Shown here in pieces: positions 1 to 10,295 of a stretch of DNA of 64,000 bases. Both the position numbers and the translations under genes were made by a program. Positions within the stretch are counted from its first letter, which is position 1, and the number at the start of each line of letters is the position of its first letter. The notes under the pieces are model-generated. The model saw nothing but the letters and a program-made list of their open reading frames with translations, was not told the origin of the DNA and searched no databases. Source of the DNA: an uncultured Verrucomicrobiae bacterium (lineage in GTDB: Bacteria; Verrucomicrobiota; Verrucomicrobiia; Limisphaerales; JAFGQR01); contig CAWBHS010000060.1 in assembly GCA_963788655.1 (NCBI GenBank), positions 192,001 through 256,000 on the forward strand, read 5' to 3'.

Positions 1-72
1 CGCGCTACTTTTGCAGACAGGCTCTGAGAAATCCAAAGAGGGCGACCGCAGGCTGATTCGCTTCATGGGACC

Positions 73-3000
73 TCAACGTCGAAGGTCATTACTTCTCCGA
101 ACGTCCGAGAAGTTTCTGATCGCGTAAGCGGGTGAGCCATCGGCCCATTGCGAAACGTTGCGTGCTGGGTCGCAGGAAAAACCGGATGCTTCCAGGTCGT
201 ATTTGCTCGAATTCCAGAGGGCATTGACAGAGGTGAACGAAGCTGCCGGGCGGACGAGGCGGATTCCGCGTCGGACCGTGTCGTCACCGGTCTGGGCGCT
301 CCAATCCGCGGCGGGAACGGAGCAACTCGGAGGAGGGGTTTCGTTGTCCTTGGAGCTTTCGATAATGTGCCACACCGCCACGCCGGAGTCAGGGGTTGGA
401 AAATCCCAATCGTATCGGGAATTGTCAGAGGGCGCAGGGCGTGTCTCGAGTATTAGATACTCATCCTCAGTCACGCTGGGAATGCGGGGCAGCACGACCA
501 CTTCCCGGCTCACCTTCACGTCCTCCAATGAGACGCCATCGCTATTTTCGGAGATGATCCAGGGCGTCACCCATCCCAATGCCAGCTTATAGGCCGGGTT
601 TAGATGGGAAGTTCTATCTGACACCCCATCCATGAGCGCGAAGTCGCCCGGACGCGTCGGGACGGATGGACTGTACAAGTCCAGCGAGTACAAATCGTTA
701 AGATCGAAGATCAAATGACCCAGCTCGTGGGCGGCGACCACGTAGTCTTGCTTCGGATCACTCATATACAAGTCCGTGATCACGTCCAGGTAAACCCCAT
801 CCCGAAGCTTGGGATCTCCCCCCTCCCAAAGATCGCGCACGAAGCCGCGAGGCTCGATCTGGGGCTTGACGATGACGATGGCCAACTCATTCCGTGACGA
901 AATGTATCCGTCCCCGTCGAAATCATAATCGGAGAACTTGAAACCGGCGGTTTCTGCCTTGGTAACCGCTTCGATCCAAATGTCCTGATAGGAGAGGGCG
1001 CCATTCCAAGTCCCGTCTGGGCCCTCGTAGTAATCGGTCCAATCGAAATCTGTTTCAAAGGGGCCGAGCACCCCGGCGTTGACCAGTTCAATCCTCCCAC
1101 CCGAGACCTCGTGGTAGTAGTCGGCGACGCTGTTGCTGGAGCCGAAGAAGGCTTCCTCGAGATCGGCGATGGCGGGAATCGGCTCACCGTTTCCGCTGAG
1201 ACTCTTCGGCACGGCGAGATCGTCCGGGACGGGATCATCAATTCCCTTCGGGATGGCGAGAATCACCAAGACGTTTCGTTTCCCGAAAACCGGTTCGACG
1301 CGAAAGCTCTTCACTTCCTCCTCCGTTTTAAGCGCACCGCGTCCGAGAAAGGGTGCCTCCGCCAGATCGGGGACCGCGTGCTGCTTGGCCGAGATGATCA
1401 TGCTCCGATCACTCATCCCAGGAACCGCAGACGCATTCAAGCCGAGAACCCTCCACTTCATAGCTACCTCGGAGAATGTCTCCGCGCCCCCGGCGTTGAC
1501 ATGCTTTGCATCGAAGACAAACGCATGAGTTCCGTACGGGTTTTCCGAGGCAGTGAACACCGTCACCGATCCAGGCACCGGCACGCCGTCGATGGTGAGA
1601 ACGACCTGGGTAAGGAAGTGCTCCCACACGGGCTCCGGTTGATGGACACTGGCGCTGAAAATCACTGAGAGGTCCGAATCCGGAGGCAGGAGAATGTTCT
1701 TTTGGAGGACCGTAGTAAAGGCACCCGACGCCGCTGGGTGGACCCAGTCATTTCCGCTCAGGAACCAGATCCTTACCGGCGAGGTGCTGAGGTCATTCCC
1801 TGCGGAAACGACCAGGGTCCGGTCTTTCAGGCCGACGGTAGCGTCGAAGTTTCCGGAATACTGCACCCTCACTTCGTGGAGGCCGGCATCGAGGCCTTCC
1901 ATCCCGAAGGCCATGCTCCGGGCGCCTTGAAATCCGTCGGAGACGAAAACCACCGGCCCCGGTTCCGCCACCACGCCATCCACCAGGACCTGCACGATCA
2001 TGGTCCCCCCGAATTCGGAGTAGGCCTCGGCGCTAAAGGTCGCCGTCAGGAATTCCCCTTTCTCCGTGTTCACATTCACCTCCAGGTCTGGGACGTCTTG
2101 CCAAATGTCCAAGTCGCTTTCAATATCCAAGCCACTCTTCGGAGTCGCGGTGACCAAGGAGCTCTGGCGAATGAGGAGGCCGGCTCCATTCATGTATCCG
2201 ATTCCGCCCTTGTCCACCATCCACTGAGCTTCCACCGTGTGCAGGCCACGGTCGAAGCGACCGGTAAATTCGAAGGAACGTGCCCCCAACTCAATCGAGG
2301 GTTTGCGGCCGACGGCCAAGATCACGTCCGCCGGAGCCATTGGCTTCCCGTCCACAAGGAGCCGAACAAACATCTGCTTGCCCGGCCCGTCCACGAAGCA
2401 GTCGGCCGTCAGCATGATGGCCACCGGGATGTTGTCGCCCTCCACCCGGAAGTTCGCGGCCAGCTTATCGTATCCGCCGCGGATATTCGTCCACCGGTCG
2501 CTGTAGGTCGCACGATAGGAATTCCACGCACAATTCGCCACCATCCAGGGATGTGACTTGTTCCCGGGATAATCGCCGAGCGCTCGTACCGATCGAGAAC
2601 TAAAGGTCGGCTGGGGAACGGCATCCGGCGGCGGATCAAACTCGTACTCAAGCCGAAAGAATTGTCTCAATGTTCGGGCGTCCGGACCAACCAAATAGCT
2701 TCCCTTTCCGTCCGTGGTGGGGACAGCTCGAGTCCACTTCTTCAGGTCGGTCGAAGTGAAGAGCTGGTGCGCAATCGTGCCGGCTGCTGCGGCTTCGGGA
2801 TCCACATGGTAGCGAAATTCGGGGCGGCCTTGACGGCCCAACCAGACCTGAGGCGCGTTCTTCCAATTCGGGTCGGATGCGCCGGGGAGAACGGGACTCA
2901 GATGGTGGAGTTTCTCTCCGACATTGGGAATCCCATCCCCGTCAGGGTCCGCTTTCCAGCTTCGCTCGTGAACGCTCAGTCCTCGAACGGTTCGAATCCA

Positions 3001-3234
3001 TTCGTTATACGAGTATTTCTCTTGAGCCGCAGCCCACCCACTCGCGCAAATGGTGCCTATGGCGACGACAACGGCCACGAAGGAACGTCCCCTCGGTTCC
3101 CTCGAGTTGAATTGGTCAACCGAGCGACCGCCGTTGATGCAATCAAGGACGATCTCCGGTGCGCTCGGTGGGGCTGGCTTGGTGGTTTCGGGCCGTGGTT
3201 CCTGATATTTCTTGATCATAACGCTTCCTTCCAA
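73..3234 (-). CDS. Secreted M6 (immune inhibitor A-like) zinc metallopeptidase with three N-terminal beta-sandwich repeats
   Basis: 1053-aa ORF with a hydrophobic signal-like segment (SFVAVVVAIGTICASGWAAAQ). It has SVADYYHEVSGG, FSDYDFDGDG, HELGHLIFDLNDLY (nt 715-729) and a Met-turn (FALMD), all typical of M6. A probable extra base near nt 99 hides the expected C-terminus ...VGEVMTFDVEVP* (stop at 63). The start may be ATG 3216. Confidence 0.8.
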   Translation of the reverse strand: MEGSVMIKKYQEPRPETTKPAPPSAPEIVLDCINGGRSVDQFNSREPRGRSFVAVVVAIGTICASGWAAAQEKYSYNEWIRTVRGLSVHERSWKADPDGDGIPNVGEKLHHLSPVLPGASDPNWKNAPQVWLGRQGRPEFRYHVDPEAAAAGTIAHQLFTSTDLKKWTRAVPTTDGKGSYLVGPDARTLRQFFRLEYEFDPPPDAVPQPTFSSRSVRALGDYPGNKSHPWMVANCAWNSYRATYSDRWTNIRGGYDKLAANFRVEGDNIPVAIMLTADCFVDGPGKQMFVRLLVDGKPMAPADVILAVGRKPSIELGARSFEFTGRFDRGLHTVEAQWMVDKGGIGYMNGAGLLIRQSSLVTATPKSGLDIESDLDIWQDVPDLEVNVNTEKGEFLTATFSAEAYSEFGGTMIVQVLVDGVVAEPGPVVFVSDGFQGARSMAFGMEGLDAGLHEVRVQYSGNFDATVGLKDRTLVVSAGNDLSTSPVRIWFLSGNDWVHPAASGAFTTVLQKNILLPPDSDLSVIFSASVHQPEPVWEHFLTQVVLTIDGVPVPGSVTVFTASENPYGTHAFVFDAKHVNAGGAETFSEVAMKWRVLGLNASAVPGMSDRSMIISAKQHAVPDLAEAPFLGRGALKTEEEVKSFRVEPVFGKRNVLVILAIPKGIDDPVPDDLAVPKSLSGNGEPIPAIADLEEAFFGSSNSVADYYHEVSGGRIELVNAGVLGPFETDFDWTDYYEGPDGTWNGALSYQDIWIEAVTKAETAGFKFSDYDFDGDGYISSRNELAIVIVKPQIEPRGFVRDLWEGGDPKLRDGVYLDVITDLYMSDPKQDYVVAAHELGHLIFDLNDLYSLDLYSPSVPTRPGDFALMDGVSDRTSHLNPAYKLALGWVTPWIISENSDGVSLEDVKVSREVVVLPRIPSVTEDEYLILETRPAPSDNSRYDWDFPTPDSGVAVWHIIESSKDNETPPPSCSVPAADWSAQTGDDTVRRGIRLVRPAASFTSVNALWNSSKYDLEASGFSCDPARNVSQWADGSPAYAIRNFSDVRRSNDLRR

Positions 3235-3530
3235 TCGGGTGATTACGCCCAGTCCGCTCGCTGATTACCAAGCGGGCTTGGCGGCTCAGTGTTCTTCGTT
3301 CATGCAATACAGAAGATTTCCTAGGGCGTTTTTACAGGCTGATGGAATCTATTTGCCCACCGCCCGAAAAAACGGCAATCGGTTGGGACTCCGGGCGTGA
3401 AGTGGAGGGGATTCGACTTTGCCCTTCCGCGACGCGCAGACCCTGCTAGAATCTCACCATGAAGACGTTGGCCACTTGAGCAGAAGGTGGATGATTCCCG
3501 TCTCGAAAACCGGCAAATGACAAACGCATC

Positions 3531-5664
3531 ATGCACCAATCAATCCTTTCACGTTCATTCACGGCAACACTGCTAGTCGGCTGCACTCTATTGAGTCCCG
3601 CAGCCACGAAGGAGAGTTCTGGTCTTCCTCCAGCGGCGACCAAGCATTGGACCGCCGACAACGGCAACGGCACCTACTCCAATCCGCTGTTTTACGAGGA
3701 GTTCGAGGATCCGGATGTCATCCGCGTGGGCGACGACTATTACCTCGCCGGCACCACCATGCACATGAATCCCGCCGTTCAATTGATGCATTCCAAGGAT
3801 CTGGTGAACTGGGAACTGGCCGGCTACTGCATGGACCGGCTGGACCTAGGCCCGGCCTATCCGGCTCGAAGGCGGGAACATTTACGGCCGGGGCATCTGG
3901 GCGCCCTGCCTCCGCTATCACAACGGCATGTTCTATGTCTTCTCCAACGTCAACGGCGCGGGTCTCCAGGTCTTCCGCTCCAAGTCCATTAACGGTCCGT
4001 GGGAACGAAACCAACTGCCCGGACGGCACGACCTGTCGGTGCTCTTCGATGACGACTGGCAAGATCTATATCATCTCCGGCAACCGCAGCCCCTATCCCA
4101 TCGAAGAACTGGCGCCGGACCTGAAGATCCTTCGTGCCAGGCGTCCGTTACGAGCTCGATCGCGCCGAATGGGCGAAGGCCATCACCTCTACAAGATCAA
4201 CGGCAAGTATGTCGATGTGTCCGCCATTCCCGGCGGGCCGGTGGATCAGATGGTTGCCGTTGCGGATTCCATTGAAGGCCCATGGAAGGTCGACGCGCAT
4301 GGTGCAGGGCGAGTCATTGGGCGTGACAGCCGCAGCCCCTGCGCGCGCTCAAGCCAATGATCGCGGACTCTGGCTGCATCAGGGCGGCATTGTCGATACG
4401 CCTTCCGGCGAATGGTGGAGCATCATCATGTCCGACCACGGCAGCGCCGGCCGCATGGTCGCCCTGGTCCCCATCACCTGGGACAACGGCTTCCCGCTCA
4501 TCGGCCTGCCGGGCAATCTCCGCAAAGCGCCCAATACCTGGATCAAGCCCAACACCGGCTTACACCCAGGAGCCGAAGCCAGCGTTCATCCACGACGACA
4601 ACTTCGACGACGGCAAGCTCAATCCGCTCTGGCAATGGAATCACGTTCCCGATGACACGCAAGTGGTCCCTCACCGAGAAACCCGGTGTGCTGCGCCTGC
4701 ATTCGCTGCCCGCCAATGATTTTTATCACGCCCGCAACAGCCTCTGCCAGCGTCCGCCCGGACCCGAGTCCATCATGACCGTCGAACTGGACACGACCGG
4801 GCTGGTTGCCGGCGACACTGCGGGCCTGGCGCTGTTGAGTTCACCCTACGCCTGGATCGGCGTGGTGAAGTCCGCCGAGGGCACGACGCTGCAGATGCAC
4901 ACCAGCCCCAACGTGCGCCGCGGATTCGGGCGCCGAGGTGGCGCGGCCCCGAGCCCGGCCAATCCGCCCACCATCGGCCCGACCAATCCGCCCAGTCATC
5001 TGTGGCTTCGCGTTCACTGCAACTTTGACACCGACGAAGCCGTCTTCAGTTGGAGCGCCGATGGCAAGGAGTTCACGCCCCTGGGCAAGCCTTTCACCAT
5101 GACCTTCCAACTGCGGACCTTCCAAGGCGTGCGTCCCGCCCTGTTCAACTACAACACCTCCGGCCAGCCCGGCGGTTATGCCGACTTTGACAACTACACC
5201 GTCGAGGAACCTCGCGCCCGTGGCATTGAACGCGAGATTCCCATGGGCAAGACCATCACGCTGACCAGCGGCGCCGACGGCAGCTATCCTGGCCGCCGAT
5301 CCGCAGAACAACGTGCTGGTCAATGTTGCGGCTGATGCTGCGGGAACCGCACCCCAGGATGCGCAGGTTCCAGGTCGTCGATCTGGGCCTGGGCCGCGTG
5401 GCGCTCAAGGCCAGCAACGGCCGGTTTGTTTCCGCTGCTGAAGAAGCCGTTGTATTGAAAGACCTCGCCGGACAGAATCCTGGCGAAGCCGAGTCATTCC
5501 AATGGATCAACCTGATGCGCGGCGACACCCTGCTCATGTCATTGACCAATCATCGTTATCTGGCCACCAAGCCAAACGAGCCCGGTCCGGTGACCGTTAC
5601 CGCAACGGGCCCGCAACCGGCCCGCAAGGGTGGCGCGTGTTTCAAATGGAAGGCAGTCGAATGA
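3531..5664 (+). CDS. GH43 glycoside hydrolase (beta-xylosidase/arabinofuranosidase type) with C-terminal ConA-like and fascin-like domains; multiply frameshifted
   Basis: Signal peptide, then YSNPLFYEEFEDPDVIRVGDDYY, GIWAP, EGHHLYKINGKY, LHQGGIVDTPSGEWW, WQWNHVPD and GYADFD, spread over about 7 overlapping ORFs. Frame changes near 3861, 4057, 4130-4165, 4292, 4560, 4660, 5289 and 5363; no internal stops once these are repaired. Confidence 0.88.
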
Positions 5665-5776
5665 ATCACGATTCACACTTCAAGGTGTTCAATGGTGTCT
5701 CAGTGCTTTGTCGCTGCTGACATTCTTCGGTTCTGAATTTACTTGGGGATCTCGAGTCGTGGCCTCCACAGTCCAA

Positions 5777-6150
5777 CAGCCCGTTGAAGAAGTCCTCGGA
5801 AAGATCTCCAATCAACCGTGGCAAAGCCACACCGATTCGGAGGCGCGCATCACGAAAATGAACGATGGGCGGACGCATTTGGCCTGCGAGGCCGAGCATG
5901 CGGTGGACCTGGAAAGCCAAGCGATCGTGGCGGCGCACGTGCCCCATGCGGACCGGGGGGATGGCACAACGGGCGTGGAGCGCGCGGTGCTGGCGCAAAC
6001 CAACCTGACGGCCGCCGGCAGCGGACAGGCAAAGGACGGCGGTTGAACCGGTGGCACAGTGAACGGTGTAAGCGGACCGTTACGCATGTGTGCGAAACCG
6101 TAGGGGGTCGGCAGACTTGGTTTCGAGGCCTGACGCACACGAACAAAATG
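5777..6150 (+). mobile_element. Degenerate, internally deleted IS transposase remnant (IS1182/IS5-like DDE)
   Basis: SNQPWQSHTDSEARITKMNDGRTHLACEAEHAVDLESQAIVAA and ERCKRTVTHVCETVGGRQTWFRG resemble two separate transposase segments. CAGCCCGTTGAAGAAGTC at 5777-5794 looks like an IS terminal inverted repeat. No right end was found. Confidence 0.7.
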
Positions 6151-6495
6151 CATACCTTAAGATGCTTGCTCCGGTTGCGCGAGCGGTTGCTGGAACCACG
6201 TCAGGACGAATCACCATGAAATCCAAAGTGCAAAATCGCGATCAATTCCTGGCTGAAGTCATGGCCAATGAAAGTCTGGCCGACAACGGTTGGTGTTTTT
6301 GGACCAGGCTCGAAGGTGATCGGGGTTGTGAGCTTGCCTTCGCTGCCTTAAATCGATCACCAGGTTGCCACCAGTAAATTCGCTGCGGTTGGATAGAGAA
6401 GCTCCAATCTCCCTTCGTAATTCACGCGGAGGCCGCCCGGACACCGGGAAATATTTCGCGACAACTCGGCGCCTGCTTTCGTATAGTCGGGTTAA

Positions 6496-8856
6496 ATGGA
6501 AAGGCATCTCGTACTCGAAACAAATGCGCGCGGCCGACCGGCTGGCATCTTGCTTTCACTGCTGACCATCATCCTGGCCACTTGGTCCTTAGGCGCCTTG
6601 GCCGCGGCCGCTCCTGGCTCTCCGGTTCTTTTGGTTGCGCATGATGGCACGGGCGCCTTCACCAACATTCAGGACGCCATCGACGCCGCGCCCGCCAACG
6701 CCGTGGTGCGAATTGGGCCGGGCCAATTTGAAGAGTGCTTGACCGTGAACAAGCCGCTCACCCTGGAAGGCACCGGGTGGCAACAAACGGTTTTGAGCCG
6801 ACACTTCATGCCGCCCATTCGGTCAGATGAGGATTTGTTCCGTCGGCTCGGACCGCAATGGGAGTCGGCTCGCCCAGAGGAACGTCAGAAGATCTTGCGC
6901 GAGTTCGTTCGTGCAAATCGGCGGCCTGTGTTGACGGTAGCCGATGCGGCAGACGTCCGTGTCCGTGGTTTGAAGTTCACCGATCCCCGTCCTCCCGCCC
7001 AACGCGGCGCTTTTCCGCAGCAATATGTCGTGGTCTTTACCAATGCCCAGGCGACCTTGACCGATTGCGCGATTGTGGGCGGCCCGGGAATTGGTGTCTT
7101 AATCGGCAAGAACGCGAATGTGGAAATGAGCCAATGCCTGGTGGCCGCCTTTTGGGGTAACGGCATCGAGATCGGCCAACGGGAAGGGCCTGCTCGGGGC
7201 GCCCGCATCTCGGATTGTGACCTCCGCAACTGCTTTCACGTCGGCATCCTGATGGGAGCCGTTTATCAGGAAGCCACGATTGCGCGCTGCCACATCTCCG
7301 GTGCTGCCTGGCACGGCATCCGATATGGCAGCGGCGCGCCGAAGATTATCGACAATCTCATCTTTGGCCACGCCCGTTCTGGGATTTACGCGGGCGGAGC
7401 CTCCGAGGCGATGGTACGTGGCAATGTGATTTGCCGGAACGAAATGGATGGCATGTCCTGCTGGCAGAACAACCACGACCGCATCGAGCAAAACACCTTT
7501 GCGCAAAATGGCCGAGCCGGAGTGGCGGTACTGGGCAACGCATCGCCGGTGCTTCGGCGTAATCTCTTCGTTGGTCACCCACAAGCCGTTTCGCAAGGCC
7601 AGATCGCAGGCCAACTGGAGGTCCCGTTCCCGAAAATCACCCTTCAACACAATGGATTCTGGAACAACCAAACCAACATTGCACGTGGTGGCAAAATGCT
7701 AATGCTCCACGTTGGGGCAAAGCGAGACGAGGCCGCCGTTAAGCGTGGCGCGAAAGAAGACGGAGGCGATTTGTCGAACGTCGAGGTCGATCCGCAATGG
7801 GATGATCCGACCGTCGGGAAATATGCGCTCGCGGCGGATTCGCCGTTGCGGCGGGATGGCATCGGCGTATCGGACCCATTGGCGTTTGCCAGTCCGTGGC
7901 CGTTGCTGCCGAAGGAACGGGCCATGATTCCGCAAGGCGACTCGCGCGATTCCAAGCTTTGGCGTTTCCCGGAACAATATGTTGAAAAAACCGCTGTGAT
8001 GAAGATGCCCAAAGGAAACACCCCAAACGTTGCCGCGACTCCCCTGCCCGTCAGCCACGAATCGGAAGCTGATTTGCCGTCCCTTGCCGCCATCCCGGTG
8101 GCGGCCGAGTTACCCGGTGTGCTGCTGTTCCACGGCCGATACCTCCATCGCAACACAAGGCGTGAGATCGCCGAGCCAAGCGAGTTATGGCTGAAGCAGA
8201 CTCCCTCCGGCGCCCTTACCGCCCTGGCCCGGGTTCCGTTCATGAACGCGACGGAGATGGCCACCAGTGACGCCACGGGACGTTTTACGACGCACCAACT
8301 TTTTACCGACACTTCGGAAAATCGGCCCGCGATCCATGTGAAACTCCAATTCACCACCAACGGCAAGACCCTGCTGACCCGTCGAGGATTGCGCCAGGAT
8401 TGCGACGAGAAAGAACTGCTCGTGCCCGCCGGGGCCTTCTTTGATCCCAATTCGCGCCCCGACTCGTATTGTGCCGCCAACGTTCTGCTGCGCGCGTTTG
8501 ATGTCGATGAAGGCGAAACCAAGGAGTTTCGCGTTTTTGATTGGGATGCGACGGGCGATGCGCTGGCAGATTACACCGTCGAATTGAAACACCTTGGGAA
8601 GGAAACGGTCGAAGTGCCCGCCGGTCGATTTGAAGCGAATCATCTTGTGCTTACGCAACGAACCTCGGCCAACACCTGGTTCAAGAAACGCGCCGGGCAC
8701 GTCACCGAGTTCTGGGTGCTGAATAACCAGGTCATCGTCCGCATCCGTCGTCACCGCGAGCCTTACGAGGTGGCGCTCCTGGACTTTACGGTGCCCGAAA
8801 AGCTGTCCGGTTATCTCGGTCCTTCGTCCGTAACGGCGCTGGGGACGACAAATTAG
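6496..8856 (+). CDS. Secreted right-handed parallel beta-helix (pectinesterase/NosD-like) protein with an additional C-terminal beta domain
   Basis: Signal peptide, then LLVAHDGTGAFTNIQDAIDAAP...IGPGQFEE followed by repeated N/G-rich PbH1-like coils. The C-terminal ETVEVPAGRFEA motif is DUF3108-like. Confidence 0.8.
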   Translation: MERHLVLETNARGRPAGILLSLLTIILATWSLGALAAAAPGSPVLLVAHDGTGAFTNIQDAIDAAPANAVVRIGPGQFEECLTVNKPLTLEGTGWQQTVLSRHFMPPIRSDEDLFRRLGPQWESARPEERQKILREFVRANRRPVLTVADAADVRVRGLKFTDPRPPAQRGAFPQQYVVVFTNAQATLTDCAIVGGPGIGVLIGKNANVEMSQCLVAAFWGNGIEIGQREGPARGARISDCDLRNCFHVGILMGAVYQEATIARCHISGAAWHGIRYGSGAPKIIDNLIFGHARSGIYAGGASEAMVRGNVICRNEMDGMSCWQNNHDRIEQNTFAQNGRAGVAVLGNASPVLRRNLFVGHPQAVSQGQIAGQLEVPFPKITLQHNGFWNNQTNIARGGKMLMLHVGAKRDEAAVKRGAKEDGGDLSNVEVDPQWDDPTVGKYALAADSPLRRDGIGVSDPLAFASPWPLLPKERAMIPQGDSRDSKLWRFPEQYVEKTAVMKMPKGNTPNVAATPLPVSHESEADLPSLAAIPVAAELPGVLLFHGRYLHRNTRREIAEPSELWLKQTPSGALTALARVPFMNATEMATSDATGRFTTHQLFTDTSENRPAIHVKLQFTTNGKTLLTRRGLRQDCDEKELLVPAGAFFDPNSRPDSYCAANVLLRAFDVDEGETKEFRVFDWDATGDALADYTVELKHLGKETVEVPAGRFEANHLVLTQRTSANTWFKKRAGHVTEFWVLNNQVIVRIRRHREPYEVALLDFTVPEKLSGYLGPSSVTALGTTN

Positions 8857-8909
8857 ACAACAACGCCCCACGAAAGTCCCAATCACAATTCCTCACCGAT
8901 TGGGATGCA

Positions 8910-10048
8910 TTGGTCAAAGAGGTCGATGAGGCTTATCCATTCTTTGAACTCAAAGACATTCGCGCGGACTGGCGGCACACCAAGGCGCGGCTATCCGCAC
9001 GCGTGAAGTCCTGTGCCTCCGGCACCGAGTTCATTGGGATCGTGCTGGAGGCCATCCAATGCTTGCGCGACGCCCATACGCGCCTGAGTAATGTCAAAGT
9101 TCCCATGCCCGACTTTCCGAAATATTACTATCCGGGATTGAGTTTCATGCCCGCGACCCAAAACCGGGTCATCATCATGTCGTCCGCGACGGCTTACGCG
9201 GACCAACTCAAACCCGGCACGATTGTGACCCGCATTGATGGCCGGGAGGCCCGGACGGTAATGGAGGAAACCGCCCGGCTAAACTGGAAAACCGCCGCGC
9301 CGCCGATCTCTGGTTCGAGCCCGCAGCGATTCCGGCTCTTCGCCTATCGTTTGCCCTTCTTGAGTCTGAGCAATGATGTCCATGTCCTCAGTTATCTGGC
9401 AGACGGAGACGAGCGTGAGATCAAGGTGACTTGCGACGTGGAAGCCCGCGGCTGGCCCCACACCTACAACCTGCCGGCGCAGCTCAAGGCGGCAAACCGG
9501 CGCGCCGCCTTTTGCAGACTGCCATCAGGGGCCGGTTACATTTACCTGCGCTCGGTGAATAACGAAACCGAACCAGCCCTGCGGCAGGCACTCGAAGCGC
9601 ACCCGGACGCCCAAGGCTGGATTGTGGATTTGCGCGGTAATGGTGGCGGTGGCTACGACCAGCAATTGCTCGACCGCCTCCGCGCTTTTCCCCAGCCCGT
9701 GGCCGTGCTGATTGACGCGGGTTGCATTTCTGCCGGCGAAACGCTCGCGCGCGATTTCGACGGTATGCCGAAGCGACACTTCTCGGCACCGCCACGGCTG
9801 GCGCTTCCAGTTCGAAGCGCCAGTGGACATTCCCATCAGGGATTGCCTCGGTGACGTTTTCGACCCGCAGTCGCTGGCGCACAGATGGACAACCCATCGA
9901 ATTCAACGGGATCAAACCGGATCAAGTCATTGAGGCGGTGCCCGAAGAGGTAGCGCAAGGCTCGAACTCTGAAATCCAACGTGCGGAAGAATATCTCGCT
10001 CGAGTTCGAGTGCCCGAAGCACCAAACAAATCAGAGCCCGGCAAATGA
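8910..10048 (+). CDS. S41 family (tricorn/CtpA-like) serine peptidase; one frameshift near 9757; possibly the C-terminal part of the upstream ORF
   Basis: YPFFELK tricorn-C1-like helix, PDZ-like KPGTIVTRIDG, GYIYL, IVDLRGNGGG, CISAGE, and after the frameshift GTATAGA and GIKPD. Confidence 0.85.
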
Positions 10049-10105
10049 CATTCTACCCGCGGGGAATTCGTCCCCAACGGTAAGAGCCGGAACGATTCAG
10101 TTGGA

Positions 10106-10257
10106 GTGGCTGGGTTCGTGAGAACGCGGCTGACTGGCGCGGTCAAAGGCCTGCTCCAGGCGAGGGCAATCCGGTCGCTCTCCGGTGACGAGTGGGACGC
10201 TGCGGTTAGCACAGTGGTTCCCTTAAAAGTCAGCCGTGTTCTCACGAACGCAGCCAC
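10106..10257. repeat. REP doublet / MITE-like element with 30-bp terminal inverted repeats (GTGG type)
   Basis: GTGGCTGGGTTCGTGAGAACGCGGCTGACT (10106-10135) matches the reverse complement of 10228-10257 at 28/30 positions. It lies between convergent genes. Confidence 0.85.
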
Positions 10258-10295
10258 ATTCACGGCATACCTGCGGCTAAGTTTTCCTTTTGAAG

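Noticed and set aside
3531..5664. Programmed ribosomal frameshifting or an alternative genetic code
   Set aside because: The frame changes lack slippery heptamers and occur at irregular sites. Intact genes use standard stops, so sequencing indels are the simpler explanation.
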